Virus record (IMG/VR): IMGVR_UViG_3300030060_003910
Span: 30,355 to 94,354 of that record
Direction: 5' to 3' (one strand)
From: a virus
DNA: 64,000 bases
Shown: positions 36,870 to 46,192 of the stretch, piece by piece
How positions within the stretch are numbered: the stretch's first letter is position 1
Layout: every line of letters starts with the position of its first letter
Notes under the pieces: generated by a model
What the model was told of the DNA's origin: nothing
Databases searched by the model: none
What the model saw: the letters and a program-made list of their open reading frames with translations, nothing else
Made by a program: the position numbers and the translations under genes

Positions 36870-38186
36870 TCAATCCAAGAAATATACAATGTCGCCCTTT
36901 CCTTTCAAAATATCCATAGCCTCTTTACGAAGAATATCATATTTTTCTTTTGTAGAAATATTTCCGCCCGATTCTGTAATTAGAATGCTTTGGTCGTCGT
37001 GCCGAATAATTTCAGATGCGGCTAATTTGGTTGTGGCTTCATGAATTGCAGATGGAACTCTATTATCACCAGCGATATATGAAACAATAACTGAGTTATT
37101 TCTGTGATAGGGATAGTCCTTCAAAAAGAAAATACGACCTTCTTCGTTAATTGTCCAGAAATCACCAAGTCTTCTTAAGTCTTCTTTATCTGTAAATGCT
37201 TCTAATGTGCAAACAGTTGGGATTTCACTAGTAGTAGTAAATGTTAAAGAATTAGAACCACTTACTGAAAACGCACCACTAGTTGTTGCGCTACTTAAAA
37301 CAACAGTTGTTGAATCTGTAATAGAAGTAATTGTGCTTCCGCTAACAAGATTACTAATCCCACTTACAACCATTCCTACCGCTAATTTGCTAGAATCAGC
37401 AACGGTGAGATTAACTGAGTCATTACCTGAACAAGCCTGTTTTATGGTGGCCTTGATGGTGCAATCTGCCCCATCATCTCCCGAAAGTAGGGATGAGAAG
37501 AGGATTTGCTTCCCATTTGACTTGGCCTTCGCACCATAGAAAAAGTCAGAAATGGAAAGATTATTAGAAGTGAGGCTTTTTGGCGCAGTTGCACCAGTAA
37601 ATTGAGACATTGAAGGAAATGATTCATTCACCAAAGAGATAATTTCCTCGTTAGTTGTCTTGATACCAAAGGTATTATTGAATTCATCATTACCCAAGCC
37701 ATCCAAATTATTTTCTGCAATCATCTCAAAAGACACGCCGCTATTTGGCAATTGAAGGATAATAGAATTTAAGTCTCTAAAATTATCAAGCAAAGTAATT
37801 TTTGCTTGAGCCGATGCAATTTCAATATATTGGCTACCCTGCCACAAAAGAAGAGAAACAATCTTTCTTACTTTCATTTTTGCTAATTGCACAAAACCAA
37901 CATGACCGCCGTAATATGCCTTGTGTGGCAAGTGAGAAAATTCAAAGTTATGATACTCGTCCTTCGTGATAATTGGTCGGTATGAACGCTTTACCTTGTC
38001 GTCCACGATACCCTCTACTCTCTTTATGATTGACCCGATTTGGGCCAATGTAGGGTATGTGGTTGTTGAAAAAGCGGGAACCTGTAATAGATTCGCAACC
38101 TCGGTAGCATTGGTGTAAAACCCCCGACCTTGCGAATAATCAGGATTAATTTCCGTAAAATCGCTAGGCGAGATTGTTTGTCCCAT
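36870..38186 (-). CDS. head-tail adaptor (gp6/gp15-like) with inserted beta domains
   Basis: YTNATEV...IIKRVEGIVD; VSYIAG..VPSAIHEATTKLAA. Confidence 0.7.
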   Translation of the reverse strand: MGQTISPSDFTEINPDYSQGRGFYTNATEVANLLQVPAFSTTTYPTLAQIGSIIKRVEGIVDDKVKRSYRPIITKDEYHNFEFSHLPHKAYYGGHVGFVQLAKMKVRKIVSLLLWQGSQYIEIASAQAKITLLDNFRDLNSIILQLPNSGVSFEMIAENNLDGLGNDEFNNTFGIKTTNEEIISLVNESFPSMSQFTGATAPKSLTSNNLSISDFFYGAKAKSNGKQILFSSLLSGDDGADCTIKATIKQACSGNDSVNLTVADSSKLAVGMVVSGISNLVSGSTITSITDSTTVVLSSATTSGAFSVSGSNSLTFTTTSEIPTVCTLEAFTDKEDLRRLGDFWTINEEGRIFFLKDYPYHRNNSVIVSYIAGDNRVPSAIHEATTKLAASEIIRHDDQSILITESGGNISTKEKYDILRKEAMDILKGKGDIVYFLD

Positions 38187-38187
38187 T

Positions 38188-39894
38188 TTAAGCACCAATC
38201 ATTTTCTGCAAAGCCCTAATGTTTTTCTTTAACTTATTGATGTAATTAGCCATTGGTTTGTTTTGGCCTCTTCTTGCACCACTTAAGTTAAATTCACCAT
38301 GATTCGTTACTTCAAACTCTACTTCAACAATAGAGTTTTTGAATGCATCAATTAACCCCTCTTTCGGAATGGGAACCATTGAAACCTTTTCTGCTCCAAA
38401 ATCTCCAGCAGTTCTTGTTTTAAAACTTCTTTTAGTTTGGCCTTCGGCATCTTCTGTTTCATCAAATTCAAATACTGAAATTTCAGATTTATAGTTTTCT
38501 TTTTCATCTCGGCTAAGATTTTTATATTCTTCTTCCGAAATAAAAATCTTGCTTCCATCTTTATTTCTTTTAGTTTTATGACTAAATGCTTTTTGAGACT
38601 GTTCTTCAATTTGTTCAGGAGTTAAATTTTTACCGCCAAAATCTTCAAGATTTTTAATTGCGTCAAGAGCCATCTCTCTGTATGTTTGTTCTGTTTTTCT
38701 TGAATTTTTAATAGTAGCATAACATTTTACAGAATATACAACATCGGGAACAACTAAAAATTTGTCAAGTATTCTCATAATAGTTTCTTCGTTATCATAA
38801 AAGAACCCTTCAGGTGTTCCCGAACCGCCGTCAAATGGAAACTTAACTCTCACTTCTCTTGTTGTTTCAGCAAAAGTATAAAAATAATATTTATCGCCTA
38901 CTTGAACAATATCTTCTTCTCTCATCAAATCTGTTCTGTCTAAATCTAATCTAGCGGCTGAAATAACGGCAACATTCAAATCTTCGGTAAGGTTTGTTGG
39001 CATAGGCATTTGTTGTCCAACTTCCTCAAAAGTTTCATTACCGTCTTCATCTTCTACTAATTCCATTTCAGTAAGAGTATTTTTACTTTCAAGTTCTCCT
39101 GAAATTTGTTCAATGTGTTTTTCAGGCAAGTCAAAAGAATAATCAAAAGTTTCCTTTCCTACCATTGACTTGGAGTTTCTTTCTCTAAAGGCCGCTTCTT
39201 GTCCTGTTTCTTCTAGAATAAAATCAGTTTTTGCAGCAATTAAAGCCCCTTCATCAAAAAAGGGAAACCTTGCTTCCATGTGTGCTTTTAATCCACTTTT
39301 TTCGGATTGAAAACCATAAGTGTATTTTCCTTCCTGTCCAACCCCTTTATGTTGCCGAATAGTAATATCATAAGAAACATCAAAATCATCATATTCTAAT
39401 TCTTTACCCTCGGAGTTTTTTTCTATTTTCTTTAGTTTATTTTTAGCATACCAAGATTCAAAATTAAAATCAGGTAATTTAGTAATTCCGCCTTCAATAA
39501 AAGAAACATCTGTTCCCCTAAGCCTACCTAAAACTCTATTATTAGATAAGTCCTTTAGTTTTTTATCTTTGATAAATTCTAAATTTGCAGTATTTGGTTT
39601 AGGTGCCTGTCCCTGCTTTCTTCGCAGTTCGGAAAATCTACTCCAAGCCTTAGTATCTTTCTTTAATTCTTCTTGTAAAGATTCATCTAAAACATCTTCC
39701 AATACAGCACTTAACTCTTCATCTAGTTTTTGTGCATTAACTTCACTTTCTTCTACGCTTTCTCTAGCAATTCTTAATTTATTACGAAAAGACTTTTGTC
39801 CTTCTGTAATATAATCTCTCATTTGAGTAAAAATATAATCTTTAGATTTGGGCAGAGAAAGAGTTTGATTACCCCATCTAAAACTAACAGACAT
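38188..39894 (-). CDS. hypothetical protein (568 aa, highly charged)
   Basis: Long ORF; GAGGTGA SD. Confidence 0.7.
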   Translation of the reverse strand: MSVSFRWGNQTLSLPKSKDYIFTQMRDYITEGQKSFRNKLRIARESVEESEVNAQKLDEELSAVLEDVLDESLQEELKKDTKAWSRFSELRRKQGQAPKPNTANLEFIKDKKLKDLSNNRVLGRLRGTDVSFIEGGITKLPDFNFESWYAKNKLKKIEKNSEGKELEYDDFDVSYDITIRQHKGVGQEGKYTYGFQSEKSGLKAHMEARFPFFDEGALIAAKTDFILEETGQEAAFRERNSKSMVGKETFDYSFDLPEKHIEQISGELESKNTLTEMELVEDEDGNETFEEVGQQMPMPTNLTEDLNVAVISAARLDLDRTDLMREEDIVQVGDKYYFYTFAETTREVRVKFPFDGGSGTPEGFFYDNEETIMRILDKFLVVPDVVYSVKCYATIKNSRKTEQTYREMALDAIKNLEDFGGKNLTPEQIEEQSQKAFSHKTKRNKDGSKIFISEEEYKNLSRDEKENYKSEISVFEFDETEDAEGQTKRSFKTRTAGDFGAEKVSMVPIPKEGLIDAFKNSIVEVEFEVTNHGEFNLSGARRGQNKPMANYINKLKKNIRALQKMIGA

Positions 39895-39904
39895 TTATTT
39901 CACC

Positions 39905-40555
39905 TCACATTAACCATTTTGCCCAAGCCGCACCTTTTTGGATTGCTGCACCTAAATGTAATCCACTTGAAGGAGGCTCATAACTCATTTGACCTTGAGC
40001 ATCAATCCAATAAGGACGGCCATATCCGTCTGTTCCCGAAGGAGGAATGGGGTAGCCTGAACCGTTATTCATAGCACCTTGCATTTGGTTATATTGTTGA
40101 GTATTTCCAGTAACATTGGCTAAAGCCATACCTGCTGATGGTTGTTGCATACCTCCGCCATTAAAGCCCTGCGATTCAAGATATTGTTGTTTAGCCATCT
40201 TTCTTTGCATAACAACCTCAGTATTGATTGCAGATTGTAGTAATTTTTGAATATCCAAGTCAATGTTTTCCTGAGTAATTCTTTCATATTCACGAAGAGC
40301 ATCTCGGTTCACAGTAAGATTGCTACCGTTGGTGTCAAAACTCAACTTAGCAAGCATTTGGGAAACAACTCTCTCAACAACATCTTCCATCAACTTTTCA
40401 AGAGCAACTAAGAATTGTTCTCCGTGATACTGGAAGAACTCTTCAACATGGTTTTCCTGTAATGAAAGTAAATTGTTCACAGTTTTAAACTGTGTATCAC
40501 TTTGTGCCTGAACTGCACCTAACACGGTGCTATTGCTTGTTCCCAGTATTCCCAC
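39905..40555 (-). CDS. hypothetical protein: helical core, Q/G-rich linker, WW-like segment, C-terminal amphipathic helix
   Basis: GTG start with GGAGG SD; IPPSGTDGYGRPYWIDAQGQMSYEPP; LGAAIQKGAAWAKWLM. Confidence 0.65.
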   Translation of the reverse strand: MGILGTSNSTVLGAVQAQSDTQFKTVNNLLSLQENHVEEFFQYHGEQFLVALEKLMEDVVERVVSQMLAKLSFDTNGSNLTVNRDALREYERITQENIDLDIQKLLQSAINTEVVMQRKMAKQQYLESQGFNGGGMQQPSAGMALANVTGNTQQYNQMQGAMNNGSGYPIPPSGTDGYGRPYWIDAQGQMSYEPPSSGLHLGAAIQKGAAWAKWLM

Positions 40556-40557
40556 TT

Positions 40558-41226
40558 CTATTCCTCCTTAATTTTTTCTTCTTTAGGTAATTCGTTCTGT
40601 GCTTGAACACCGTTCTTTAACATCAAATGGTTTAGCCGTTCAGTCATAATGTTCATTTCTGCAATCAAGCGAATGACTTCATCGGTGGCCGTCTTTGTGT
40701 CTGCTAAGGCGGGTGGGGTTATAAACCAACCTGCCGCCGTAAGGGACATAACATCATCCTTCGTTAATGTCTTAATTGGGCCACTCTTAAGCATTTTAGG
40801 CATTCGTGGTTTAAAGGCACTAAATTCAAGTCCATGTTTATCTGCAAGAATTTGTTGTTGTAGCATTTCTAATTGCATATACATAGAAGCGTGTTTAGGA
40901 CAATAAGTTCCCATTAGAGGCCGTCCTTTGACTACGCCATCTAAAGGCATAGGTGGACGCATATAATCTCCTTGTTCCCAAATGTGATGAAAACCACAGA
41001 CAACACACCTATCTTTGAGATTAAACTTCTTTCCATACTTAATGCCCAAAAACTTCTTTGGTTCTGCTTTTAAAACCAATTTAAGTTCTTTTAGTTGAGT
41101 CTTTGGCTTATACGAAATAAACTTGTATTCTTGCACAACACCGCTTGCTCTTGCCTGTTGAAGTGGCGAGAGAGCAGGGTTAAATTGTTGTGGTGCATTT
41201 TGTCCTATAATGTTGTTTTGATACAT
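40558..41226 (-). CDS. Zn-finger protein (CVVC...CPKH) with C-terminal coiled coil
   Basis: CVVCG and YCPKH motifs. Confidence 0.65.
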   Translation of the reverse strand: MYQNNIIGQNAPQQFNPALSPLQQARASGVVQEYKFISYKPKTQLKELKLVLKAEPKKFLGIKYGKKFNLKDRCVVCGFHHIWEQGDYMRPPMPLDGVVKGRPLMGTYCPKHASMYMQLEMLQQQILADKHGLEFSAFKPRMPKMLKSGPIKTLTKDDVMSLTAAGWFITPPALADTKTATDEVIRLIAEMNIMTERLNHLMLKNGVQAQNELPKEEKIKEE

Positions 41227-41231
41227 AGCAA

Positions 41232-41900
41232 TCAATAATCCTTTATCATTGTAGTGATTCCTCTATAAACCATTTCGGGGTCAGACTTTGCAGATACAAT
41301 ATACTTGAAACAGGGTATTCCTTTATCATTTAACTTTCTCATACCGTATTTAAATGGTTCAAAAATTTCGTGTTTGTCAATAGATTGGCCTTCTTCTAAT
41401 GGGTATTTCTTTCCCCATATATCATATTTATTTGCCCAAATACCTACTGCCATTGGATAATCCGAGTCTCTTTTCTTTTTTCTATTTGACCATGTGCTTG
41501 AAATAATTGAATCTACTAAAAATTTCCATGCTAATTGGTGGTCTAAGTTTGCTTCACTATCTAAATGCCGGTGGTCAATCATAAAAATAACATATTTGAC
41601 TCTTCTATTTTGCATATCCTTTTCCCATTCTTTCCAGTAAATTGCTTCTCCACCAATATCTGCGCTCCTTACTGTATGTGAATCCCCATCAATTTTGACA
41701 TTTTTTCTCGTTGCTCTATGTCTTCCAACCGTTCTTTCCTGTATTTGTGGAACTTCTCCTCTCGTTCTTAATTGATGGCTTAGTGTTGTTTTTCCTACCA
41801 TTGTAGCCCCATAAACTCCAAAATTGATTGCGTGAATCTTTTTGTAAAATCCTATAATTGCCTCACCGACTAAAATAGCAAAGCCTGTCATTAATGACAT
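41232..41900 (-). CDS. Ras-superfamily small GTPase, Arf/Sar-like
   Basis: G1 GATMVGKTT, G2 RTVG, G3 DIGGE, YVIFMID, G4 ANKYD, G5 VSAK; N-terminal hydrophobic helix. Confidence 0.85.
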   Translation of the reverse strand: MSLMTGFAILVGEAIIGFYKKIHAINFGVYGATMVGKTTLSHQLRTRGEVPQIQERTVGRHRATRKNVKIDGDSHTVRSADIGGEAIYWKEWEKDMQNRRVKYVIFMIDHRHLDSEANLDHQLAWKFLVDSIISSTWSNRKKKRDSDYPMAVGIWANKYDIWGKKYPLEEGQSIDKHEIFEPFKYGMRKLNDKGIPCFKYIVSAKSDPEMVYRGITTMIKDY

Positions 41901-42118
41901 TAATGCCCCCACCCGTTTAACAAAGTGTCAAACAGGAAACCCATGATGTTTATATCAAAAACACCAAGAATGTTTCCAACAAGGAAACCAGAAAGACCGG
42001 CACAAAAGCCCCAAAACCACGCTCGCATTTTCAAAAAGAAAATGTCAGCAGAATGCGCTCTTTGTTGATTGTAAGCGTAGTCCGAATCGGAAAAGCCCAT
42101 TATGTCTCCAAAGACCAT
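41900..42118 (-). CDS. small membrane protein
   Basis: AWFWGFCAGLSGFLVGNILGVF hydrophobic segment; TAATG coupling to the GTPase. Confidence 0.7.
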   Translation of the reverse strand: MVFGDIMGFSDSDYAYNQQRAHSADIFFLKMRAWFWGFCAGLSGFLVGNILGVFDINIMGFLFDTLLNGWGH

Positions 42119-42129
42119 TCTTTCACCGC

Positions 42130-42513
42130 CTATTGTAGTGCGGCTAAGAACTCATTTCCTACGCTATTTTCTTCTTCCTGCTGAATAGGTTGATAGAAAG
42201 TAGTGTTGTATTGCTTTGCGCTTTCACGCATCTTTTGTCTTTGTTGTTCGTCCCTAGCCTTTCGTTCCCAGTAAGCCGCAATTTTACGGTCTAAGAGCCA
42301 AAGTTCAATTCTGTCATTAAGAGATAAATCAAAGATAGCCTTCATTACCATGATTGCTCCGATTGTTCCCAAGCCAAACAGAACAGAATGCGCTAATGGG
42401 CCATATGGAAAATTCATTCCAAAAGCCGCATATGCCCAAACATTTGTTCCGCTTAATGCGCCAACAAATAAAATTGTCATAATGAGTCTTGTGTCTTGAC
42501 TTAATGCCGCCAT
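42130..42513 (-). CDS. two-TM membrane protein with charged C-terminal tail
   Basis: LIMTILFVGALSG..., SVLFGLGTIGAIMVM; GAGGTG SD. Confidence 0.7.
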   Translation of the reverse strand: MAALSQDTRLIMTILFVGALSGTNVWAYAAFGMNFPYGPLAHSVLFGLGTIGAIMVMKAIFDLSLNDRIELWLLDRKIAAYWERKARDEQQRQKMRESAKQYNTTFYQPIQQEEENSVGNEFLAALQ

Positions 42514-42522
42514 TTTAACACC

Positions 42523-42807
42523 TCAAGCAAAGTGAATGAAAGTATTTGCGTTTCCACTAGTCTCTTCATAAAAGAGTCCAACAGAACAAATAACACCATG
42601 CATGTCAAATTCAAGATTTTGGGTTCCTGCACCATCTATGTTAATACGGGCTAATTCTTTACCCGTATTATCTGTTCCGTCAAATACTTTTATTTGAGAA
42701 GGCGCACCGCCACTATCATTATTAACATGGATAGAAATTAATTTGCATTTACCAGTAAAAACCTGTCCACTAGCCGTTAAAAGACCACTACTTCTGCAAC
42801 TCGGCAT
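42523..42807 (-). CDS. small beta-sandwich virion protein (putative)
   Basis: All-beta pattern; downstream of the capsid gene. Confidence 0.5.
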   Translation of the reverse strand: MPSCRSSGLLTASGQVFTGKCKLISIHVNNDSGGAPSQIKVFDGTDNTGKELARINIDGAGTQNLEFDMHGVICSVGLFYEETSGNANTFIHFA

Positions 42808-42868
42808 GATTCATCACTTCCGTTCAACCTGTCTATGAGGCATCACCCTCTTAACCCTATCGCTAGGA

Positions 42869-43189
42869 TTATTCAGTCAAAGACGACTTTTTGCTCTTAG
42901 CGGGGGCTTTCTTCACCTTTGCTTTAGCGGGGAGAAGATATGCACACAATTTGTCATGTGTGTCAAAATCTTCACCTAAAGCCCTACTTAAGCGAGTCAA
43001 GCGAGCAGGTTCTACTTGCTTCAATTCTTTCCTATCACTTTCAGCAAAGGAAATATCAAGGCATAAATCACCTAAATACCGCAAAGCGTCTTGAGCAGGA
43101 ACATCTAAGGTAATGTCCCTACTCAAGACTTCGCCATTAACCAAGAGGGTTTTTGACCTAGAACCCCAAGCAAGTTTAATTGTTGCCAA
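42869..43189 (-). CDS. hypothetical protein (TTG start)
   Basis: GAGGTGG SD; K/A-rich tail. Confidence 0.55.
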   Translation of the reverse strand: MATIKLAWGSRSKTLLVNGEVLSRDITLDVPAQDALRYLGDLCLDISFAESDRKELKQVEPARLTRLSRALGEDFDTHDKLCAYLLPAKAKVKKAPAKSKKSSLTE

Positions 43190-43199
43190 TTAAACCACC

Positions 43200-43535
43200 T
43201 CAAAGGAGGCCAAAGACTCTTACACGAACCATTCCTTCATCAGCCGTTCCGCTTTGTTGAGCAGAACCAGTAGAAAGGATGATTTTAACGCTAGAAACGG
43301 ATTCATATGCACCTGCGGTTGAAATCACAGGTCTTGCTGAATGTCCAATTTCTTCAACGCCAGTAATCATAACTTGGGTAATTTGACTCAATCCTACTTC
43401 GGTGGCAGTTAAGGTAATACCGCCAGAAACATAATTAGTGATGTTAATGATTGCATCAACCATATATTCATCGCCATTCGCTCTTGGCTTGGTAAAACCT
43501 TTGTGGTCTGCCAATAATGTAACTGTATGTGCCAA
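43200..43535 (-). CDS. putative capsid decoration protein
   Basis: Directly after the major capsid gene; YVSGG..L...GL pattern; GAGGTGA SD. Confidence 0.55.
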   Translation of the reverse strand: MAHTVTLLADHKGFTKPRANGDEYMVDAIINITNYVSGGITLTATEVGLSQITQVMITGVEEIGHSARPVISTAGAYESVSSVKIILSTGSAQQSGTADEGMVRVRVFGLL

Positions 43536-43545
43536 TTAAATCACC

Positions 43546-44898
43546 TCAAAGGAGATTGGTAATCTTTCCTTGACCCTTGAAGTAAGAACAGCCAGTCTCA
43601 GCCATTGTGCGGTAAAGAGCCTTGTTTCCAAGGTTGCCAACACCGAATGGGTTTCCGTTGCTGATACCGTCTTCAAAGTATTGTGTAGGCTTCATCACAG
43701 ATAGCCACAAATGGTCAGTATCAAGGAAAAGCATATCGCTGATTAAAGAACTGTTTGTTCCGGTAGAAGGCATAGCGGCAACAGGAATCAAAGGAATGTC
43801 GTAGTAGGTAGAAACACGGAAACCGACTTCTTGACCCTTAACACCACGAACACCGTTCACGGTTGGAACGATTTCCTTTCTATCCATAAATCGCTCTTGA
43901 GCCTGAAGCAAGTCAGAAAGCGTTTGAAGCGTATCATATCCCGTAAGAATGACCTTTGGCGAACCACCAGCAACACGGAGTCTGCGAACCATATCGTTGA
44001 TAACGGTAAGCGTTAATTGTCGTGCTTCTGCGGAGGTATAGCCAGCACCGAAAGAAACTTCTGCATCCAAATACTCGTTGCCCGAAGCACTTCGGAGTTT
44101 TCCGTAAAGAGTGTCAATTTGTTGGTCAGATGCACTATCAACGAGGTTTCCACCAGAATTGTCAGCCAATTCGGTAATCTCAGCCGAGTTAGAAACAATC
44201 TTCATAAGAGAAGTGTAGCCTCTATCAATGGCATTTGCCGTATTGTAAGCCGTTGTTGGAGAATAGTTCTCTAATGGCATAACAAGCATAGTGTTTTGAA
44301 CTTCAGCGTGATGCTTCCCCATATCCTCTCTCAATTGAGCGCGAATATCACCGATACCATCATCAATTTGAGCCATTTCCATAGCCAATTCGCTGAAAGC
44401 GAATTGATGAGCGATGATTTTTGGACTCGTAAAGAGCGTATCGTATTCGGGAGCAATTGATTGAAGACCATCCGAATCCGAATCTAATGATGCGTTTTCT
44501 GGAACACCACCAATTCGGTCTGCTCTTAAAGCATCAGCACCATAAAGTGCAGTATTAAGAGTAGTGTTGGAAGCGGCAGAAATGTCCAAAAAGTTTCCAG
44601 CACCACCAGCAGGACGCTTCTTGAGGATTCTCCAACCACTTGAAGAATAAGGTCGCTTTGCGATAACAGACAATGCGTTGCATTCTCGGTTTAGCATAGA
44701 CCAGACTTTTTGGCCGTAAATTTTGTTGTAAAGGTTTGCGTTAATACCCGTTGGGTCGCTTAACGAACCATCGTGAGCGACATGAATGCCGCTAACGGTT
44801 CCTGCGGCTTTTAGCAATTGATTGCTAATATGCCCGGTTGCGCCCGTTCCGTATGTTGCTGCTTCTAAATCTGCAATAGTGTTAATATATCCTACCAT
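43546..44898 (-). CDS. major capsid protein (HK97 fold)
   Basis: Follows protease/scaffold; PKIIAHQFAFSEL, GGSPKVILTG, YDIPLIP, MLFLD, GQGKITNL. Confidence 0.85.
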   Translation of the reverse strand: MVGYINTIADLEAATYGTGATGHISNQLLKAAGTVSGIHVAHDGSLSDPTGINANLYNKIYGQKVWSMLNRECNALSVIAKRPYSSSGWRILKKRPAGGAGNFLDISAASNTTLNTALYGADALRADRIGGVPENASLDSDSDGLQSIAPEYDTLFTSPKIIAHQFAFSELAMEMAQIDDGIGDIRAQLREDMGKHHAEVQNTMLVMPLENYSPTTAYNTANAIDRGYTSLMKIVSNSAEITELADNSGGNLVDSASDQQIDTLYGKLRSASGNEYLDAEVSFGAGYTSAEARQLTLTVINDMVRRLRVAGGSPKVILTGYDTLQTLSDLLQAQERFMDRKEIVPTVNGVRGVKGQEVGFRVSTYYDIPLIPVAAMPSTGTNSSLISDMLFLDTDHLWLSVMKPTQYFEDGISNGNPFGVGNLGNKALYRTMAETGCSYFKGQGKITNLL

Positions 44899-44909
44899 CT
44901 TAAATCACC

Positions 44910-46148
44910 TCAAAGGTTTCCTCCAACCATTTTATGAATGTCAGCCCAATCCATTTCGGCTAATTCTTCCATAGTAGGGAGTTTGATTTGGGCTTCTTCT
45001 TGAGCCTTAATAATGTTGTCTCTTTCAGTCGTCAAAGACTTTCGGAGGGAAGCAAATTCATTCTTAAGAGAAGCAATTTCGGAAGCCGCATCATATTGCG
45101 ACTTTGCGAGAATGTTCTCTCTTTGAGAAGTTTCAGCCTTAAAGCGAGCCTCAAACTGCTTTTGGAGGTTGTCGTAAGCCAACTTCTCCAATTGCTCTTG
45201 ACGGAAAGCATCGTAAGCCTTCTCAATGTTAGCAACGCTCAAATCAAGCGTTTCTAACTCATTGTTGTTAAATGCCTTAACAACGGGCAAGTCGGAAGCC
45301 TTTGGTCGGCCCCCTTCAATGATGATTCTGTCAGCAGGTTCTCCAATTTCAACACCTGCGCCATCAAGAGTAGGAACATAGGCTTTGGCTTCATCATCCA
45401 TGTATTCACCCATGCCTTTTTCTTCCATCATCTTGTCTTTTTCAGACATCATCTTGTCTTTTTCAGACATCATTTTGTCTTTATCCATTAACTTTTCCGA
45501 CATCATTTTTTCGTCGTCCATGTCCATGCTTTCTTCTTCTTCCTTTCTCAGCATATTGACTTCCTCCATAAGAGCGTCAAGTTCTGCCAATGCTTTTTCA
45601 ATTTTGGTCATATTTTTCACCTTTTTTGTTTTTTCTTGCTTTAAAATGTCAAACTTTGCTTCTGGATTAATTCCTTTTTCACAAATAGTGACTTCATGTA
45701 ATTCTAACTTTGAAATTTCGTTGTATTGTCCAAATTCATTATTGGTTTTCTTTACTTTTTCTAAAGCCTGTCCTCCAATACTAAAACTTCTTAATGAACC
45801 TTTTCTAATGCCTCGGTTAATTTCTTTGGCTTTTTCAATATCATCTCTTAATTTGATTACAACAAAGAATCCTACATCATCAACTTCTGTTTTGAATAGT
45901 CTCCCTGATTTATCTCGGTATGATTTAACGACTTCTCCGACTTGAACATTTGAATGATTTGTCATTACATTTCTAAACTTTGGGTTCTCCATGTATTTAT
46001 TTACCGCTTCTTTAAGGGCTTTGAGTGTGATTAAATCATTTTGCTTATCAACGATTTCAATGCTTGCATATCCTCCAATCATCAAGTCGTCTTGGCTTTT
46101 AAGAATCCTGAAATCGTGAGCGTTGTTCTTCATCACCGCAGAAGTCAT
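44910..46148 (-). CDS. prohead protease (HK97/U35-like) fused to a scaffold domain
   Basis: IGGYAS...DKQND, NHSN..VGEV, LRSFSIGG, LHEVTI...NPEA; coiled-coil C-terminal half. Confidence 0.88.
   Translation of the reverse strand: MTSAVMKNNAHDFRILKSQDDLMIGGYASIEIVDKQNDLITLKALKEAVNKYMENPKFRNVMTNHSNVQVGEVVKSYRDKSGRLFKTEVDDVGFFVVIKLRDDIEKAKEINRGIRKGSLRSFSIGGQALEKVKKTNNEFGQYNEISKLELHEVTICEKGINPEAKFDILKQEKTKKVKNMTKIEKALAELDALMEEVNMLRKEEEESMDMDDEKMMSEKLMDKDKMMSEKDKMMSEKDKMMEEKGMGEYMDDEAKAYVPTLDGAGVEIGEPADRIIIEGGRPKASDLPVVKAFNNNELETLDLSVANIEKAYDAFRQEQLEKLAYDNLQKQFEARFKAETSQRENILAKSQYDAASEIASLKNEFASLRKSLTTERDNIIKAQEEAQIKLPTMEELAEMDWADIHKMVGGNL
45426..45482 (-). repeat. 21-nt tandem repeat (about 2.7 copies) encoding DKMMSEK
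   Basis: CATCATCTTGTCTTTTTCAGA repeated on the + strand. Confidence 0.8.
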
Positions 46149-46178
46149 TCTTCTCAACCCCAACTACCTATTATCCAG

Positions 46179-46186
46179 TATATAAA
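46179..46186 (-). promoter_or_regulatory. candidate archaeal TATA box for the protease-capsid operon
   Basis: TTTATATA about 31 nt upstream of the ATG at 46148, in the intergenic gap. Confidence 0.45.
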
Positions 46187-46192
46187 GAACAC

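Noticed and set aside
42130-42513. Definite holin call
   Set aside because: Two TM helices fit, but there is no family motif or adjacent endolysin; kept as an unassigned membrane protein
45385-45945. 186-aa + strand ORF with IILSFSD repeats
   Set aside because: Antisense shadow of the protease/scaffold gene; the repeat is the DKMMSEK linker
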